A model generated the notes under the pieces. That model did not search any database, had not been told where the DNA came from, and saw only the letters and a program-made list of their open reading frames with translations. This document shows, piece by piece, positions 36,724-48,606 of a stretch of 64,000 bases of DNA. A program made the position numbers and the translations under genes. Each line of letters opens with the position of its first letter. Within the stretch, counting starts at the first letter, position 1. Source of the stretch: Monocercomonoides exilis PA203 (lineage: Eukaryota; Protista; Preaxostyla); the NCBI GenBank assembly GCA_001643675.2, contig LSRY02000004.1:62001-126000 (forward strand), read 5' to 3'.

Positions 36724-39700
36724 TTAATGACGAAATTGACGTGAGGATGAGCTAACATTTGCAGTTGAAGGTCTTATAAAACTCTTACGAGAACTTGATG
36801 AAGATGATGAGGATGTGGTAATATTAGAACTTTTCCCACTATTTATTTGTGCAGCTTGTGCAGCCATCATCGCCTTTAGAACGTTCAATCCAGTTCTTTC
36901 TTGAAGCTCTTCAGGCAATTCCGAAGAATATCTTGATTCCTTTCTCCTTCCTCTTCCTCTTTCCTGTGCTTCTTCTTCCTTTTCAAAGTCCCGAATTCCC
37001 TTCACACCCCACCCAACTGCAGCTGCATCGCTCCTCTGCTCCTCAGAGCCCAAGCTCCGTTTGACAGGCCCGTCCCCAGCAGACCATCTGCCCACAATTG
37101 AGTGGACAAGCAATCGCTGTGCATGATTCGCTGGGCACGAATAGTCGACATATCGCGCAGAGCGGCAGCTGTGGAACGAGTGGACAGCAGCCAAGGCAGA
37201 CGTCGAAGTGGTCCCGAAAAGTCTCGCTGAAAATAAAATAAAATAAAGAGAAGAATAAAGAAAAAAAAATTATTAAAAAGGTGAAGAATTAATTCATTTT
37301 TGTTTGAACATAAACAATTTTAATGACAAACCCAAAACAAGAGCTGCAACCACTCCTGCTCTGCCGTGTCCGTTTGTTGACTGCACAAACACACGATACC
37401 CTTTCGTGACAATTGAGTCGACGATGTAGTCAACAAGCTGCATCAGCTGCTTCTCGTCCACATCAGCTGTGCCTTCCTTCCACTTCAGCCTCGCTTCCAC
37501 GAGTGTGTCCAGCGACTGAGTGAATTCTCTCTCTGGAATGACAATGCTCTCTGAGGGAGGAAACAGAGGCTCTGCGTCTTCTTTCTCCTTCGCTGCTTTT
37601 GCAGCTGCTTCTGCGTATTTCTTTCTGCGAAGGGCAGCCACGTCAGCAGCAGTGTCTTGGCCATAGTTCCCTCTCATCTTCCTTTTCCTCTCCTGCCTCT
37701 TCTCTTCTTCCTCTTTCGCTATCCTCTCCTTCTCCTTCTGCATTTCTTCCTCTCTCTTCATCGCCTCCCACTGCACCGCCCGCTCCTTCTCCATCTGCAC
37801 CTTCAGCACTCTCATCGTGTCCTCTCGCACCATCATCACCGCTCTGAAGAAATAAGACTCACCAGAACTGTCCTGCGCTCCTGTTGATGTTGAAGCACCT
37901 GCCATTGAAGTGCGCAGACGGGCAGGATACGACGTTGCCAGTGCCAACGCAGGCGATTTCCTAATCTGCTTCTCTTCGTCGTCGGTTGAGATGATCACAA
38001 ACATGTTGATGCCTGCCTTCAGAAGCGCATACAAAGAACAGCTTTTCTCCTTTTCGCTTTCAAATGCTTCGTTTCGCTCTTTCTCTTTGTGTCTTTCAGC
38101 ATCTCTTTCTGCAGCAGACTGCTTCTTTCCTACTGCCTTTTTCGCTCCACTTGAGCGATCGCCTTTGCTTCTCTGTCTTTCTCTTCCACCAACAAACGAA
38201 CTCACTCCGTCTTCTTCATACCCAGCCTTGTCATATTCCCCTCTTTCCCCATCCGCTCCGTCGCTTCCTTCTTCTTCTCTTTCTCCGCACCTCACTCTCC
38301 CAACCCCTTCCATCGCATCGCTTATCGTCGGATGCCCGCCTATCAGCAGCACCGAAGGAATCACCCAGTTTGAGTTGGGAAAAGGCCCCACAAACATGTC
38401 GCGGTCAGCCACAGCATCGAGAAACAGAGGATTGACAATCGTCGACGGATACGGCTGCGGCTGCTGCTGAAAGCGACCAGCTGAAGATGAAAGGGCAGAA
38501 CTCTCAGAAGAAGAAGAAGAAGAAGAAGGAAAATGCTGTCTTTTAAGAACAGCAAAGGAAGGATCCATTTCGCGCAGTTTGTCGTCGTCTCTGACTGGCG
38601 GGGCAGCTTCGGCTCTTTCGCCGTAATGTGACAGACGTGCTGACGAAGAAGGCTGCGCAGTCGATGGCCGCCTCCGATATGGGTCTCTGTACGAAGCTTG
38701 TGCAGTGGAGAGAAAACGCGAGTCTGATGGTACTTCTTGATGCATTTTGCTTTGCTCAATTCTTGAGTCTGCATAACACTCAGATGGCTGAGGTGCTCCA
38801 CGCGCTTCATATTCTGTTGCACGACGCGCTTCTTGATTGGAAAATGACTGCTGACTTTTTTGCGTTGTTTGAATAAATTCTTCTGAAGGATGGTCCAAAT
38901 GAGTTTTAATAACAGGATTTGTTACAATAGAATTTCGGGAAGCAGGCAACGGTTGCATTTTCAATGGAATATATTTTCTAATTGAAGGAGGCGACGCAGC
39001 CTGCGATTTAGCTTTTAAAACTCTTCTTGCATTTTCATTGGCGATAGTCTTTCGTTGTTTCGAAAAAAGAATGAAATAAAAAAAATCTGAAAAAAAAGAA
39101 GACAAACTTCTTGATTAACATAATCTCTGTACACATCTTCAAACTCCCTAAAAATCAAAGATATTTGTATTTTAACACTCAATAAATTATTATTTTTTGA
39201 ATTACCGTTTTGTTCGTCTATATATTGTACCGCAAGCGTTAATGTACGTTGCATGAGTAATATTTATTCCAAAACACATTCTGTATGCATCAGCTGGAGG
39301 AGTATGCACCAGAATATGACTGTTATATAACTAAAAAGAAAAATATATTTGATTCGAAACTCAACAATGGTAAATAAAATTGAAATACTTCATTCAGTAA
39401 TTGTGGTGTTATAAATTTAAGTGGAGACATGAAAGATATGGACGAAGGAAGAGGTGGTAACTGATCAAATGAAGCTGAAAAAATTTTTTGAAAATATTAA
39501 ATTTATTTTAAATTAAACCTCTCTCAATCTGTGCTAATTCACTACATTTATGACACAGTAGTGCCATTTCCATTTGTTCAACATTTTTTGGTGGTTCAGG
39601 AAATTCGGACGCAACAGGATCAGAAGAAATAAAAACAGGTTCTTGAAGCTTTTCTCTAATTTTTGCTGCAACAGGTATTGGTATGAAAAAAATACAAAAG

Positions 39701-39750
39701 TTTAAATTTTCTGTGCTGCCACATCCGACGCATTGTTTCACATCGGTCAT
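36724..39750 (-). CDS. PTP/dual-specificity phosphatase-fold protein with inactivated P-loop and an N-terminal CxxC...CxxC segment (about 6 exons)
   Basis: In-frame manual splicing links MTDVKQCVGCGS...LCHKCSELAQIER to SFDQLPP...LLNE, LYNSHIL..., EFEDVYRDYVNQE and the 37294-39105 ORF. That ORF carries GPFPNSNWVIPSVLLIGGHP and YRVFVQSTNGHGRAGVVAALVLG. The last exon has ALAAVHSFHSCR...SCPANHAQRLLV. Confidence 0.65.
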
Positions 39751-39932
39751 GCCAAAATATTTTATGTTTTCAAAAAATGATCGTTTAAACCTTAAGTGGC
39801 TCCAATTTCTAATGCCCAAATGTAATGATTCTGCGATATTAAGAAAGCTACAAGATAACCACAAGGTCGGAACAGAACTCCAACAATAATCTTTGACAAA
39901 TATGCTTCAATGAATGCGAATGCTTTTTCTAA

Positions 39933-40730
39933 TCATATATATCCATATCTTTTTCTTCCTTCAATTCTCTTTCTCGTTCCTTCTCTCCATTTTTCTTCAA
40001 GAACTGGCAATTTTTCTTGAGATTCAGTAAGAAGATATGTGATTTGATGTCTTGATCGTTCAAGTTTCGTATGTACTGCTAATTTTCCACTTCCCTAAAA
40101 AAATAAAATAAAAAAAGAAAAGAAAAAAATAATGTCTTTTGATAACAAATGCTCAAACCAGGTATCGCTCGGTTGGGCGAATAATAAATTCTGCACCATC
40201 GGGCTGTTTTCTCAAATCATCCTGATGAATCTCAGTAATTTCCTGTTCATCAACTTCAAATGGCTTTCTTCTTTTCTTTTTTGTTCCAGTAAATAAAGCC
40301 TCTAATTCTTCTGAAGAAGCCGTCGAACTTTTTGTTTCATTTCCACTTGGTATTGAATCTAAGTTTTGAGGTACGTTTTTTGGGCTTTGAGGTGATTTTT
40401 GCTTTTCTAACATGCTTTCAGAATCCTGTTTTGACGTTTGTTTGGCACAGGGAGACTGGAGAGAAAAAATTATGAAATTTGAGAAAAATTTCATAAAAAG
40501 ATAAGAAAATATAATTTAAAGCAGCAATAACAATAAAGGAATACTGGAACGCGTTTTATTGGCTCTGGAAGAGCAGCAGAAGATATTCCTAATAAGTCAC
40601 TTAAAAAGTCATCGTCAGATTCATCATCATCTTTCTCAGTTATCAACTCATTTTTTTGTGATTTTTTGTCACCATCATCATGGACATCTTTTTTGCTATC
40701 TGTGGAATGACATTTTTCTTCCTCAGACAT
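39933..40730 (-). CDS. PRCC: PRCC-like spliceosome-associated protein (3 exons)
   Basis: The last exon (not in the ORF track) translates GSGKLAVHTKLERSRHQITYLLTESQEKLPVLEEKWREGTRKRIEGRKRYGYI*, matching the PRCC C-terminal 'HQITYL...W.......KYGF' motif. Joined to ORFs 40153-40494 and 40491-40760. Confidence 0.8.
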
Positions 40731-40817
40731 TCGATGATTTTTATTAAGGTTATATCTCAATAAATTTAATATCGGATTAGATCAAACTGCATCTTCAATA
40801 AGAGCTTGGGCTCTTGC

Positions 40818-43800
40818 ATGATAGGTTTGTGCTTATTGCTCATAAGTTGGGCAAAATGCACAGAGCTCGATGACATTCTTTTTGAAAACGTAGTTTCACA
40901 TCACATTAGCTCAATGTTTTCAACTTTCTCTTTTCTTAAAATGGAAAACAACAAGCATATGCTTTCATCTGATTTATCACTTTTATTCACAGAACACCAG
41001 AAATCCATAAAATTGGAACCTCTTTACTTTTCTTCACTTTATTTTTGTCAACCGATTAATCTCCAAAATTCTACGTTTTCTTCGCAAGGCTTATTTCTTC
41101 GAGCAAATTTTAACAAATATTTGATCAATGTATTAGCAAAATCCTCTCTAAATATGAATTCATGTTATTTATCCTCAAATGGAACAAGGCATTTGCCATT
41201 TATATTGAATAATGGTGAATCTATCTTTAACAACATATCATTTACTAAGTTTTCTTATCCTTCATGCTCTTCAGATGCTTTATGCTGCATGTCATCATCC
41301 TTTTCAAGCATTTCACTTCAACATTCTGTTATTTCAAACAATAAATTTCACTCAACATTTCTTTGCAATGGAATTGGATTATCTTCATCAATTGTTGATT
41401 GCAGTTTTTTAAATGTATCAGCAATTATTGATAAGCCATGGAAAAAAAGTTTATCGTTGGTTATTTCTTCGTCAATTCAAAGCAGTTATTTTGAGAAATG
41501 CTCCAATTCTTTTTATGGAGGAATCATACAAGGACTTGACCATTCTTGCGAAGATTTCAGCTGCTTGAACAGTTCATTCAAGAGTTGCTTTCGTAGCAGA
41601 ATAAGATTTGAATCCAATTCAAAAACAGAATTTAATTCTTCAATGACACGTCAAATTTGTTTTCACACATGCACATTTTTTGCATGCGAATTTTTATTAT
41701 TGAATGCCAAAGACGAGAATGGAAATTGCGTTGACGGTTATTCTAGTGATGTTACAGCAACCCCAGTAAACGATTTATGTAATGGGGGTGCGATATTCTT
41801 CTCAACGATAGGATCTCAGCAAGACACAACTGCTGCTTGTGAAACAGCTTCATGGCTGATAAATTCAGACGCTTCGACAATTCTACTAAATGTTAGCTTC
41901 TGCATGTTTGTATTAAATGAAGCAACATCTAATGGAGGTGCAATTGCAGCTGTTGCAGAAAAAGGAGGAAGTAGCATTTCTGTTGTACTAAATGGCTGCT
42001 TACTAGTCAGCTCTACGGCAGAGAATGGCATTGGAGGAGCGCTATGGATTGAAGGTCTGAAGGAAGATACAAACGACGAAACTGAGCAAAGCAGAGGCGG
42101 ATGCTATTTTTGTGCAGAAAATTGCCATATTGCCAACGGAAAGGCTGCAAAACAAGGTGCTGGAGCAGCAATACGATATGCGAATCATTTATTCGGATGT
42201 GTGCTTCATTGATTGTGAATGGAAGATAATTTGCCTTTATTAAGGCAGATTGAATTTTCTCAAATAATGATGAATGAACATATGCGGACTTTTTTTATGT
42301 TGATAATAATTGTTCTGTCTTATTTTTTGCTTATGTGAATCTTGCTTTTTTTCTCAAAATTAATCAATAATAATAATAATTTTTTTTTTTTTGAAATTTA
42401 TATAACTGTATTTGTATATATTTTCAGTTAATTACATATGTTTTAATGTGACATTCACAACATGCTTATGCACACAATCAAATGATGGAGCGCTGCTTTT
42501 GTCACTTTCGAAAGGCACAAACATCCTCGAGTTTGGGAATGTCCTTCTGGAATGCTTTTTCATATCGTGCATACCTGAGAATACGGAAAGTGAAGGCACT
42601 CTTTCATCAAACATCCCTCTTTCTTCTCATTCTTCCACTGCAAATGGATTGTCTGCCAACTCGCGTGTGTGCGGTGTGGTTATTGAAGACGAGGCAGATT
42701 TTTCACCAGAAGAAAACATCTTCACTTTGTGCTTTTCCACACACAGCAACAATTTCGTGTACTTTTCGCGAACAGACACCTCAAAATCTGATTGGATTTT
42801 GTCAAGACAGACAGAAATGCATATGGACTATATTTCTGAGTTTTCGGTTGACAAAAAGTTTTGCGGAACATCGAACCGCTTGACATGCAGCACCATTCAA
42901 TTTGCTGTGTCTGATGCAGCAGACGACGGGTCATTCACGAAACTGCTGCTCCACGAGCCGTGCTGGTCGGATATGCCAATTTACTTCGGATCGAAGTTCA
43001 TCGAAATAACAAATGCACCCGGAGAGTTCGGAGCGATAGTCTTTTCTTTGGTGCAGGGATATTGTGATGCAGAAGTTACAAGTGGCTCATTTATGGCGCA
43101 TAACATATCAATGGACCTCTCCGGAGATTTGATGAATTACGGTTTGGGATCATTTATCATCACTTCTGGAAGCTCCTCTGCTACATCTCAGCCATCTTCC
43201 CAATCCAACTCATTTTCTTTTGGATCCATCTGCTTTGATGAATCGTGGGTGCAAGGCATTCACGAAGAATGGTACGACGGTTGCTCATATGTGCCGCTGT
43301 TTCTGCTGCATGGAGGTGTGCTGAAGCTGATTCACACCACATTCGAACACTTTCTAACAAAAACTGTATTGTTTCTTGTGCAACCACTTGACACAACAAC
43401 ACTTTCAACTTCCTCTTCAATTTCGTCAGCAGATGAGCATTCCTCTCAACAGCACAACGAATTAGATGGAGAGCAAGAGTCTTCTTCAGACATCCAACTT
43501 ATCTTCATCAACACCACTGTTTCAATGGTCACAACTGAAGGCGTCATTCCTTCTGTCATTTCGAATTTTCCTCACACTTCAATTTCCAAAGACTGTTATG
43601 ATTTATCTCCTACATCTTTATGTGATATTTGCACTTCTAAGGTGTGCTTGTACTCAATGAACAGCATATTCGGCTACTGCACTGCCAACTCATCTATTTG
43701 CGGAGGCGCGATTGGCTTATATGAAGATACGTCACATTCAGTTGAGTTTCACAACACTACTTTTTTGAACTGCAAAAGCAAGGTTCAAAGTCCTGTTCGA

Positions 43801-46272
43801 CTGAAAAGCGATCTCAGTAGAGGTGGTGCACTGTTTTTGTACATTGGTGATCCGCTCGGTGCGATTAACGGAGCAGATGATATTTCCCTGAATCATTTTC
43901 TCTTCCACGAAATGACATTTGAAAAGAATAACGCAGAAATTGGCAGAGATCTCTTTCTGGTTGTCCCTTCATGTGAATTACTTTCACTTGATCGTTTCGA
44001 TTGGGATATGAACTTCTCTGTATTCAACACAGTCAATTCTGTGTTCTGCTGCCTTGGCAATGATAGATTAGGCACGGAAGATATCGATGTGCTTGAAATA
44101 CTTCTGTTTTTTATTGGTCAAACTGTTTTTGTGAACGGGGCAACTGGCGCAGATAATCGTATCTGTGGAAGAGAGGAAGCTCCTTGCGCAACTCTGAACT
44201 GTGCATCACTTCATGTGCCTTCTGCAGAGAATAATTTAAACATTCTATCGGAAAGGGCTTCATCAAATGCTGAACAAATTGCACAGATCCAACTGTTTTA
44301 TCGATCATCACTTGCTGATGAATGCAACCTGAAAGATGTGTCGCTCATTGGCGTATCTTCAGCCATACAAAGCAAATGCATTCCAATTGTGGTTGATTTC
44401 TTATCAACATCTGCGCTATCAATTGCTGCTATGTCATGCTATGATAGCGTTAGCATCTCGTCTCTTTCGTTTGCGTTTGATGATGTGACTCTTCCATCTT
44501 ATTATGTTCTGCTATATCAGACGTATGGCTTCTTAGAACTAAAGAAAGTGATATTTTCCTCACTTGACGTGAATCAAATGAAACAGCATCATTGCGTGTT
44601 TTGCCAGAGTTATGGAGGAGTGGTATCCTTCAGCGAAGTTAATGTATCGTTTCTAACTGGAACATGTCAGTGCTTATTCTTTACTGAATGCCCAGACGTT
44701 GTTATTGACTCTTCTCAATTCTCTGCTTTATCAGCTGTTATTAACTCTTTGATATCTAACGAACAGACATTGGACCAGAATAACAGCAATAAATTGTGCA
44801 GCTGGAATACTGGAATTATATTGTCTCAATCATCTCGTGTTTCTATGCTGAATACAACTTTATCCAACTCATCTGTTGGCGGTGTTGCAATGAATGGTGG
44901 ATCCCTTTTTGTGAAGAATGGCGAATTTTTGCACAATAATCCATTAATTGAGAACTGTCCTTCAGCAAGGAGAAATGTTTTCTGCAATGAGTCTGGTGTG
45001 TTAGAGATTGAGAGTCTGAAAGGAGGAGATGGTTTGAAAGAAGATTCGTCATTATGGATGCTTAGCGATGGATGCACATTGGAAGGGATTGCAGCTGAAA
45101 GAGCATCTTCTCTATTCATGCCCACTCTCACTTCTGTTTCTGGACTGATTGAAGAAGACCTCATTCAAATTACAGTTATTGGCTCTTGCATCATTCCATG
45201 TGAGCTGAAGTTCCAGATCGATTCAGAAGAATTTATGAAGCGAAACAGGCAAACGTTCACGTTCAGTGAATTTATCTCAGAGACATCTGCGAAAGCATCT
45301 GTACCAATGTCATTGTTCAGTGAAAGTGCTAATGTCCTTCATCTCACAATTACTCTTGTTGTTGGAGAAAGCCAAACACAAGTATCGAATCCTTTATATT
45401 TCAACATAACTATTTTCAATGCTTCAGGCAATTCCAACAGTCAATCAGACATACTCACAACATATCTAAAGAATGTGCTTATCATCTGCTCCTCTTGCGT
45501 ATTTGTGTTTACTGTGATTATATCCGCCATACTCATCGTCGCTGTCACATCCAGCCGCAAAAAGAAACGAGAAAGAAAAGTTAATATCGAAAATTCTGGT
45601 TCTGCAAATCAAACGCAACCTGCGCCCATTCCAGAAGATACAAATATATCAGTCGATAGTACTACACATTCCACAAATGAATCTGCTGAAGATTCATTTG
45701 ATGCAGTCACACTGGACATTAACTGCACAAATACAACTTTATCTTCTCAAAAATGCATCCAGAAAAAGGAGTGCGATATAAGCTCTCAGTCTCTTTCTTT
45801 CCTGATAAACCCAAAGCCTTTGACTTCAGTCACAGAGAATCCAGACATAAGCTCATCTGAATCGCAGTCACTTCAATCTGTGTACGTGGATTCTTCGCCT
45901 CCCGAGTCTCATTCTGCATCTTCAGCTTCACTGCCTCTTGCCACTTCTGCTTCGGCTGCTGCTCCCTCTGAATTATTTCCATTGTCTGACACATGCCAAT
46001 TTATTCATTTCATCCCTTCAGCAACAACATTGGCACAAGTCACGAGCTCAGTGTTTTCATGCAGCCTTTCAGAATCCAATCAGGATCCTTTACCAGCACA
46101 GCAGTCAATGTGCAACAAAAATCCTTCTGAAGCCTCTTTTTCTCAGCTGCAAGATGAATATGCAATGGAACCAAGATTTCAACAAGACACTTCTGCTCCT
46201 TTTTCTTTGAATCAGATGCGAATGGATTATTCGACATCTCAATTGTTTACTGACAACTTTAGAAGCAATTGA
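40818..46272 (+). CDS. Large Cys/Ser-rich type I membrane (surface) protein with GGAI/GGAL beta-helix-like repeats (2 exons)
   Basis: Signal-like MIGLCLLLISWAKC; repeated GGAI/GGAL motifs; VFVNGATGADNRICGREEAPCATL; LEIESLKGGDGLKEDSSLWML; TM VLIICSSCVFVFTVIISAILIVAV followed by RKKKRER. AT-rich intron at about 42199-42427. Confidence 0.75.
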
Positions 46273-46870
46273 AGTTGGCTTTTGAGCATATACATTTGAT
46301 TTCAATTATTAGGCGGTTTTTCGAAATGTGATAACATAACCGAAAAATAGAACATTTTCTTTTCCATCATTATCATCATACTTCAAAATATGTATTTTAT
46401 AATGATTATAATTATTTATAATGTTGCTTGCAACACTTTTTGAATTTTTTTTTTCGTTTTTTTAATATTTTTCTATTTGATTTCTTGTTATCTTAATGCA
46501 TTGTTCTTGTTTTTATTCACTTTTTATGTATTTTTTTTGAAAAAAAGAGCAAATTGAAACATTCTTCACTTTATAACGTTGTCTTGCCTCTAACTTATAA
46601 GTTTTAAGTTTTATAATAATATTTTCATTCTTGTATTTATCTTGTGTTCGCATTTTTTTGCTTTATATTGAAATTTTCCATTTTTTCTTTAAACAACGAA
46701 TAATAAATTCATTTTTTAGAGAAAAAAAATGCCTATTATAATTATTAATTGTTTTATTTTGGAAGTAATAACATCAATAAATGCAGATTGAAAACAGTTG
46801 TCATCATCTCCAGGAAAATTTCATAAGTTGTTTTTTTCTCCAAACCATAACTGAAAGGGCTTGAAAAGAG

Positions 46871-48293
46871 ATGAGTCGGCACAGCCTGAACAGGAACACG
46901 AGAGCGTACTTCTCAGCGTCTGAGCGGGCAGAGGCTGGATATGGAACGAAAAGGCAGCGCGTGGGTGCAGATGGGTTCAAAGGGTTCGGGTGCTGCACGC
47001 TTTGCCTGGAAAAGGCGCGGAACCCGGTGACGTGGTTTGCATGGGAGGTGAGACGAGGCCTCGTGGAAAGAAAAGTGAAGGGAAAAGGAAAAGGCAGATG
47101 CCAAGCATTCATTCATTTTTCATTATCTTTCTCTTTTTTGTTTTTTTGTTCATTCTTTCGTTGTGGTGTCTATTGCCAATTTTTGTTTTTGTTTTTGTGT
47201 TTGTGTGTGTGTTTGCTAATCAGTCTGGAAGGGCATCTGTTCTGCAAAGAATGTCTGGCAGAAAACCTGGGGAAGCAGAAGGAAGTGAATGGTCGGCGAC
47301 TGAAAGAGCTGAAGGCATTGCAAGCAGCAGAAGCGGTGTGGATGGTGGTTGAGGGCTGAGAGCCGAGATAGAGGGTCTTGGTTGAAAAGAATATCAATTA
47401 GAATCCATCTTTCTATTTTATTATAAATTTTTTGTTTATTTCGTGGAGAAAAGAAAATGAAAAACAAAGGGTGACTTTTATCCTTTTCAATTCATATATT
47501 AAAATTTATATTCATTTTCATCTTATTTTATTATTATTTTTTCCTAAAACTTACGACGGAGTAGGAAAAGGAAGCAGCGAAGGCAGCAGCAGCACAAGAA
47601 AAGCGAGTCGCAGAGTTTAGAAAGCGAGAAATGGGGCTTGGGGAAGGAGGTGGTGGAGGTTTGAGAGAAGCAAAAGAGACAGGGGAAGAGAGGAGAGTGA
47701 AGAAGGAAAAGGAGGAACGAGAGAGGAGAGAGAAAGAGGAAATAAAGAGATTGAGCAAAGTTGTTTGTCCAGGCTCTGGGCATCGAATCAGATGGAAGGA
47801 TGTTGTGGAGATTGTGTTTGGAGATGGAGGTGTGGAGAAGAGTGGAAAGGGGACAAGGCAGTTGGGTGCAGGTGCAGAGGAAAGAAATGGAAAAGAGAAT
47901 GGAGATGGGAGTGGAGGATGGAAGGGAGGCAAGAAACGGGAGGAATGGGCGTGTGGGATGTGCAAAGACATTTTGTCACAAGTGAGCAGAACGAGTGTTG
48001 TTGGAGTGTGTGGGCACGGATTCTGTGGGAGATGCATGGAACTGATGAAGGAGGAAGCAAAAACAGGAGCTAATCAAGCAAGCGAAGAAGAGGGAGAAGA
48101 AGAGAGAGAAGAAAAGGGAGAGAAGAAAGAAAGAGGGAAACAAGAGGGAGGAAAGAAATGTGGATGTTATGTTTGCGGGAAAGAGTTTGAAGAGAAGGAT
48201 ATAATCGTGCTGGAAGAGGATGGGACAGGATACGCACTTCATGATGGGGAGAAGGCAGTTGCAAGTGTAGAAGGCACAATACACCTGATCTGA
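46871..48293 (+). CDS. NOSIP: NOSIP-like RING/U-box protein (3 exons)
   Basis: MSRHS...YGTKRQRVGADGFKGFGCCTLCL..ARNPV, EGHLFCKECLAENL, CPGSGHRIRWKDV, CGMCKDIL...CGHGFCGRCM and CYVCGKEF...DIIVLEEDGTGYA are all hallmark NOSIP blocks. Confidence 0.92.
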
Positions 48294-48606
48294 CGCATAA
48301 GCATATTCACATTGAAGAATTTGTTCTCTGAGAGTACATTTGCATTTAGTTCTATGCTTGGAGGGCGTTTTTAATAAAGAAGAAAAATAAGTGGAAACAC
48401 TATTTTTTCGATGCTTGATTCCTATTTTAATCTTTGGGGCTAAAGAAACACTTAACACTTCGCTTTCCTCATTTCATAATCTCTGATTCTTTCTTTGAAA
48501 TAACATTAAAGTATTTATACTTCAGATAAATAACTAAAGTTATTGCATAATATTGGTTATGATCACTAATATTTCACATTTTTGATTTTTTAATCAAAGC
48601 AATTGA

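Noticed and set aside
42199-42427. Box C-like aatgatga and a small hairpin in a longer intron, suggesting an intronic C/D snoRNA
   Set aside because: No downstream CTGA D box, terminal stem or recognisable rRNA-complementary guide.
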